DNA of 64,000 nt from Flavobacteriales bacterium (GTDB lineage: Bacteria > Bacteroidota > Bacteroidia > Flavobacteriales_F > PHOS-HE28), in contig JAGNUG010000004.1 of assembly GCA_017987115.1 (NCBI GenBank), positions 1,445 to 65,444 of the forward strand, read 5' to 3'. The first letter of the stretch is position 1. Every line of letters starts with the position of its first letter. The notes beneath the pieces were generated by a model, which saw nothing but the letters and a program-made list of their open reading frames with translations, had not been told where the DNA came from and did not search any database. A program made the translations under genes and the position numbers. Positions 60,209-64,000 of this stretch are shown here, in pieces.

Positions 60209-60248
60209 GTCACTCCGGGCTGGACCCGGAGTCTCAAATTTTGAGACT
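60209..60248. repeat. REP-like double hairpin downstream of acyl-CoA dehydrogenase
   Basis: ACTCCGGG-CTGGA-CCCGGAGT overlapping AGTCTCAAA-T-TTTGAGACT. Confidence 0.65.
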
Positions 60249-60253
60249 ATGAC

Positions 60254-62077
60254 CTAATAACAATACTTCCCTTCCGCAATAACCTTCTTCGCGACCAATT
60301 TCCGCAGCTCGGCTGTGTTCAGGTTCGTGCTTTTGCAGAAGCGCTTCGCACCCATCAGCATCGCGCGTTGCTCGTCGCCATCGGCGAAATTGTTCACGGC
60401 CTCCTTCGCGTACTTGTGGATCCGATCTGCAGCGTCGTGGATGTACAACTGCGTCATCGCCACCTGCTCAGTCATTCCGGCCACCGAGCCGGAATCTCCC
60501 TTCATGCTCGCCAATTTCAGCGTCCGCAATAACACGCTCTCCGCGAGGTAGGTGTCGATGACCATGTCCGCGATATGCATCAAGGTCTCCTGGTGTTTCG
60601 CGAGTTCCAGACCGAGCTTCTGCGCAGCGCCACCGGCCACCATCAACACCGCCTTCTTGAAGTTCGCGACCATGCGCTTCTCGTCACCGAACAGTGAATC
60701 ATCGGGTTCCGGCATGTCGGGAATGCCCATCAGCTCAGCGGCTACGGCCTGCGCCGGACCCATCAGATCCAGTTGCCCTTTCATCGCACGCTTCAGCAAC
60801 ATGTCCACCGTGAGCATGCGGTTGATCTCGTTCGTTCCCTCGAAGATCCGGTTGATCCGGCTGTCGCGGTAGGCGCGCTCCACAGGGCTTTCAGCACTGT
60901 AGCCCATGCCACCATAGATCTGCACCCCTTCGTCGCATACGTAATCCAAACACTCACTGCCGGCTACTTTCAGAATGGCGGCTTCCACAGCGTATTGCTC
61001 CACGCCTTTCAACAATGCTTTCGCGTGATCCGCGCCACCCGCCTCGAGTTCTTCGATCGCATGCTCCATATCTTGGCTACAGCGATACGTCGCACTTTCC
61101 ACCACGTAGCAATATGTGGCTTGGTCGGCTAGTTTCTGGCGGATTGCACCGAACGAACTGATCGGACGACCGAACTGGATACGCTCGTTTGCGTACTTCA
61201 CGCTCTGATCAACAACTGCTTTTGCGCCACCCAAGGCCGCACCCGCCAATTTGATACGACCGATGTTCAGAATATTCACCGCGATCTTGAAACCATTACC
61301 GCGCTCACTCAATAAATTCTCGACAGGCACTTTGCAATCGTTGAAGAACACCTGTCGCGTGCTGCTGCCTTTGATCCCCATCTTCTTCTCCTCTGGGTTC
61401 AGCGTGATCCCGCCGAAACTTTTCTCAACAATGAAGGCGCTCAAGTTCTCATCAGCTTCGCCGGTCTTCGGATCGATGATCTTCGCGAACACCGTGAAAA
61501 TATCCGCGAAACCACCATTGGTGATCCACATTTTCTGGCCATTCAGAATGTAGTGCTTGCCATCAGGCGTGAGTTCCGCTTTCGTCTTTCCGCTGTTCGC
61601 ATCGCTACCGCTGCTGGGTTCGGTTAAGCAATAACATGCTTTCCATTCACCGCTTGCAAGTTTCGGAACATACTTCTTTTTCTGCTCCTCGTTGCCATAG
61701 TACAGGATAGGCAATGTGCCAATGCCCGTATGCGCCGCCATCGCCACGCTGTAACTATGACCTGCACCGGTTCGCTCCGTCACCAACATCGTGGTCACGA
61801 AGTCCTTACCGAAACCGCCAAGGTCCTCTGGTACGCTGATCCCTAGCAAGCCGAGTTCACCCGCTTTTACAAGCAGGCTTTCCATCAATCCTTCTTTCTG
61901 GTCGTCAATATCCTCGACCACTGGCCATACGTTCTGCGCGAGAAAATCCACGCAGGTCTGGCCGATCATTTGCTGTTCCTCGTTGAATTCTTCGGGAATG
62001 AAAATGTCCTGCGGGTCGCTCTCGCGGATCAGGAACTCGCCTCCTTGGAGGGCTTTGTTTTTCGTTTCTGTTGCCAT
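60254..62077 (-). CDS. Acyl-CoA dehydrogenase (long-chain, FadE-like)
   Basis: YCLTEPSSGSDA, NGQKMWITNG, KMGIKGSST, LNIGR, QIYGGMGY, RIFEGTNEI. Confidence 0.96.
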   Translation of the reverse strand: MATETKNKALQGGEFLIRESDPQDIFIPEEFNEEQQMIGQTCVDFLAQNVWPVVEDIDDQKEGLMESLLVKAGELGLLGISVPEDLGGFGKDFVTTMLVTERTGAGHSYSVAMAAHTGIGTLPILYYGNEEQKKKYVPKLASGEWKACYCLTEPSSGSDANSGKTKAELTPDGKHYILNGQKMWITNGGFADIFTVFAKIIDPKTGEADENLSAFIVEKSFGGITLNPEEKKMGIKGSSTRQVFFNDCKVPVENLLSERGNGFKIAVNILNIGRIKLAGAALGGAKAVVDQSVKYANERIQFGRPISSFGAIRQKLADQATYCYVVESATYRCSQDMEHAIEELEAGGADHAKALLKGVEQYAVEAAILKVAGSECLDYVCDEGVQIYGGMGYSAESPVERAYRDSRINRIFEGTNEINRMLTVDMLLKRAMKGQLDLMGPAQAVAAELMGIPDMPEPDDSLFGDEKRMVANFKKAVLMVAGGAAQKLGLELAKHQETLMHIADMVIDTYLAESVLLRTLKLASMKGDSGSVAGMTEQVAMTQLYIHDAADRIHKYAKEAVNNFADGDEQRAMLMGAKRFCKSTNLNTAELRKLVAKKVIAEGKYCY

Positions 62078-62081
62078 TGTG

Positions 62082-62113
62082 TCGATCAAATGGTCAGTGG
62101 GTCAAACGGTCAG
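62082..62113. repeat. Octamer tandem array (TCGATCAA ATGGTCAG TGGGTCAA ACGGTCAG), one arm of the insert bracket
   Basis: Four 8-bp units; inverse-related to 63483-63506. Confidence 0.65.
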
Positions 62114-62135
62114 CCCTTCGATTAACTCAGGGTGA
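62114..62135. repeat. REP-like element CCCTTCGATTAACTCAGGGTGA
   Basis: Resembles the common CCCTTCGA-n4-CTCAGGGTGA intergenic repeat (recalled, not searched). Confidence 0.45.
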
Positions 62136-62327
62136 AATGATCGAATGCCTGCTGGGTGTGGTTAACGGTTCGTGATACGGACTAGTTCGGTCTAAAGTTA
62201 TGCACGCATACCTTATTTTCCAAATGTTGGATATACCCGGATGGGACGGCTTTCTGGTTGTGGGTCTTGGTCCGTGTTTGCGGATACAAAACGGATAATT
62301 GCGGATATGCACTAGCGCCATTATACT

Positions 62328-62490
62328 GAGTTGGATACAAATTGTAACCAACTCAACTGGTAACGATCTGTTACCAGTTGGTCTTGCCCGTGATCCAACC
62401 GGTTACGATCTGTCACCAACTGAATTACCACTCGTAAACCTAGCCCATTTCAACTGGTGACGGTTTGTCACCAGTTGCAATGGGCTAGGT
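62328..62490. repeat. Cluster of four related 27-bp (12-3-12) palindromes; the last is extended to a 53-bp foldback
   Basis: Units at 62328-62354, 62354-62380, 62396-62422 and 62451-62477; 62438-62490 has 24-bp arms with one mismatch. Confidence 0.85.
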
Positions 62491-62786
62491 ACGGATTGTA
62501 CGAGTCGCAACAAGGTCTCGGCGGTGGCCACGTCGGTGAGGTACTTCTTGCCGTCGGCGGCTTCCAATTTCAGTCGGTTACAATTTGTAACCGACTGGCT
62601 GCCTTCCTTGGCCAGCCTGCCTTTCAGCACTTTCCAGTACTTCCGAGCGGCTTGGTAGTCGGACGACTGGGTCAACGCTCGGATGATGTCGATAACCGAG
62701 AACCACCACGTCTCCGTGGCATCATCATAGAGCCGACGAATCTGATGTTGCTCGAACAGCGTAGCAGAGGGTAGCAGGGCGCTCAT
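62403..62786 (-). pseudogene. BRO-N domain (phage antirepressor-like) gene, truncated after about 102 codons
   Basis: IRRLYD-x-x-TETWWFSVIDII...ARKYW-x-x-LK-x-RL-x-KEGSQSVTNC-x-RLKL-x-AADGK-x-YLTDVA-x-x-ETLLRLVQSVPSP; recognisable family sequence stops at PSP (about 62481) and the rest of the ORF is palindrome-derived. Confidence 0.8.
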
Positions 62787-62795
62787 GCTTTGTAA

Positions 62796-62814
62796 GCCGA
62801 AGCTTTAGCGTAGG
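62796..62814 (-). repeat. REP-like element CCTACGCTAAAGCTTCGGC
   Basis: Matches a widespread intergenic repeat motif as I recall it; lies just upstream of the BRO-N ATG. Confidence 0.5.
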
Positions 62815-62913
62815 ATTGGTTTCAGTGGGTGACGGCTTCTTCGTCAACAAGCATTGAACAACATACGGACAGGCTGCCGGGCTTGAGTGTATTGGAGGTC
62901 ATGGTTCTCATCA

Positions 62914-63315
62914 CTACTTCTCTCCAAGTCCTTCGATGAACTTCTTTGGATCGAGCACGAAGCGTTTGGCCTCTGACTGGTCGAGCGTTGCCTTCACATT
63001 CGCCATTGTCGGCTCCAGTAGCTCTACATGGATGAGCTTCAACTGAAGGTCGAATCTTCGAGCGAGTGCAAGCACCTTTTCAATAAAGGACTCATCGACA
63101 TTGCGCAGGTCAATCCGGAACCTGATCTCCTCGATCACTCTGGTATCATTCACCCACGCGATCCAGAGATCGTTCGTGTCAGTCTTGCCCCATGTTTGGT
63201 GATCCTCTCCGCCCCAGTCTCGTGGCAACGTGCCGTCGATATGAGGCAGTACATCATCAATGGTCAGCGTTGATTTGCCGATCTCGAGAAAGAAGCTCTT
63301 CTGCCAGACGGCCAT
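62914..63315 (-). CDS. Hypothetical cytoplasmic protein (MAxWQ-type accessory cargo)
   Basis: 133-aa ORF with a normal globular composition inside the thiolase/acyl-CoA dehydrogenase insert. Confidence 0.65.
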   Translation of the reverse strand: MAVWQKSFFLEIGKSTLTIDDVLPHIDGTLPRDWGGEDHQTWGKTDTNDLWIAWVNDTRVIEEIRFRIDLRNVDESFIEKVLALARRFDLQLKLIHVELLEPTMANVKATLDQSEAKRFVLDPKKFIEGLGEK

Positions 63316-63370
63316 GATACTGCTTGTTATCGGGTAGAGATCATCAGCCTCGAACGTGATCCCGCATTTC

Positions 63371-63465
63371 GCGTGAGCGATTGCAGCGCAAAGCCCACAG
63401 CGCGGTAATCCGCTCGAGGACTTGAAGCGGAAAGCGCGACGGCGAGTCTTCGAGCCGACACGCCC
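63371..63465 (-). repeat. About 95-nt multi-stem intergenic element (GGGCGTG...CACGC)
   Basis: Closing GCGTG/CACGC stem, with internal CGGC/GCCG, TCCGCT/AGCGGA and GCGC/GCGC stems; resembles a repeated Bacteroidota intergenic element. Confidence 0.55.
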
Positions 63466-63482
63466 AAAACCACATTCCCATT

Positions 63483-63506
63483 ATCTGATCGTCTGATCAT
63501 CTGATC
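63483..63506. repeat. Octamer tandem array ATCTGATC GTCTGATC ATCTGATC, other arm of the insert bracket
   Basis: Three 8-bp units abutting the thiolase stop codon. Confidence 0.7.
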
Positions 63507-64000
63507 CTAGTTCAACAACTCAAACACACTCGCCGCACCCTGTCCCGTCCCCACGCACATCGTCACAACCCCGTACTTCTGTTTCCGGCGCCGCATCTCG
63601 TTGAACAACTGCACGCTCAGCTTCGCGCCGGTGCAGCCCAGCGGATGCCCCATGGCGATCGCGCCGCCGTTCACGTTCACGATGTCCGGGTCCAGGCCCA
63701 GCTCGCGGATCACCGCCAGGCTTTGGCTTGCGAAGGCCTCGTTCAACTCGAACTGCTCGATGTCCTTCAGCTTCAGACCGGCCTTTTCAATGGCCTTAGG
63801 CACCGCCGCCACCGGACCGATGCCCATGATGCGCGGCTCCACGCCGGCCACGTGGTAGGAGAGGAGGCGCGCGATCGGTTTCACTCCGAGTTCCTTGAGC
63901 ATGCGCTCGCTCACCACCAGCACGAAGGCCGCGCCATCGCTGGTCTGGCTCGCGTTGCCCGCTGTCACCGTCCCCTTCGCATCGAACACCGGACGCAGTT
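63507..64000 (-). CDS. fadA: Acetyl-CoA C-acyltransferase (thiolase), 3' part only; start lies beyond the window
   Basis: [29 protein letters not shown] catalytic motifs. Confidence 0.95.
   Translation of the reverse strand, partial: LRPVFDAKGTVTAGNASQTSDGAAFVLVVSERMLKELGVKPIARLLSYHVAGVEPRIMGIGPVAAVPKAIEKAGLKLKDIEQFELNEAFASQSLAVIRELGLDPDIVNVNGGAIAMGHPLGCTGAKLSVQLFNEMRRRKQKYGVVTMCVGTGQGAASVFELLN

Noticed and set aside
62127-62351. 74-aa ORF in the insert
   Set aside because: Built from a palindrome copy, CGGATA repeats and a REP-like element; no protein-family signal.
62328-62490. Possible mini-CRISPR array
   Set aside because: Units are degenerate, spacers are about 0, 15 and 28 bp, there are no cas genes, and the unit matches a motif inside the adjacent BRO-N gene.
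1-64000. tRNA, rRNA, integrase, transposase or prophage structural genes
   Set aside because: No T-loop/cloverleaf or rRNA signatures were seen in intergenic regions, and no ORF carries recombinase, DDE/Y1 transposase or virion motifs; a scan by eye could miss atypical RNAs.

Overview
A 64-kb, mostly core-genome segment of a Bacteroidota chromosome, probably a Flavobacteriales-like lineage. Bulk GC is roughly 50-55% in the lines I counted. The assignment rests on TAnnTTTG-type -7 promoter boxes, a fused lpxC-fabZ, porX and proteins with T9SS C-terminal domains. From left to right it holds: a surface-polysaccharide block (partial GT4, wzx, two wzz-like genes, O-antigen-ligase-like gene); a PP2C phosphatase, second lpxD-like gene and efp; the lpxD-lpxC/fabZ-lpxA operon with an HD hydrolase; porX-tsaE-ald; proline dehydrogenase, aroB, aroA and fhs; several secreted or membrane proteins; a PorV-like barrel paired with a helix-hairpin-helix barrel; hpt-adk-obgE-PAP2-crcB-pafA; an orphan histidine kinase; a TetR-RND-TolC operon; an AAA+ ATPase; and acyl-CoA dehydrogenase plus a partial thiolase. 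I found no tRNA, rRNA, CRISPR array, integrase or transposase. The most unusual signals are: (1) inverted arrays of degenerate 7-8 bp tandem units that bracket accessory DNA at two sites and occur with no cargo at a third; (2) a 1.4-kb insert between the thiolase and acyl-CoA dehydrogenase genes, containing a truncated BRO-N gene followed by four more copies of a 27-bp palindrome that also lies inside its own coding sequence; (3) a secreted iodothyronine-deiodinase-like protein with Ser at the selenocysteine position; (4) non-canonical key residues in EF-P (PGN loop) and Fluc/CrcB (Phe to Met). Family assignments come from motif recognition by eye, not from database searches.
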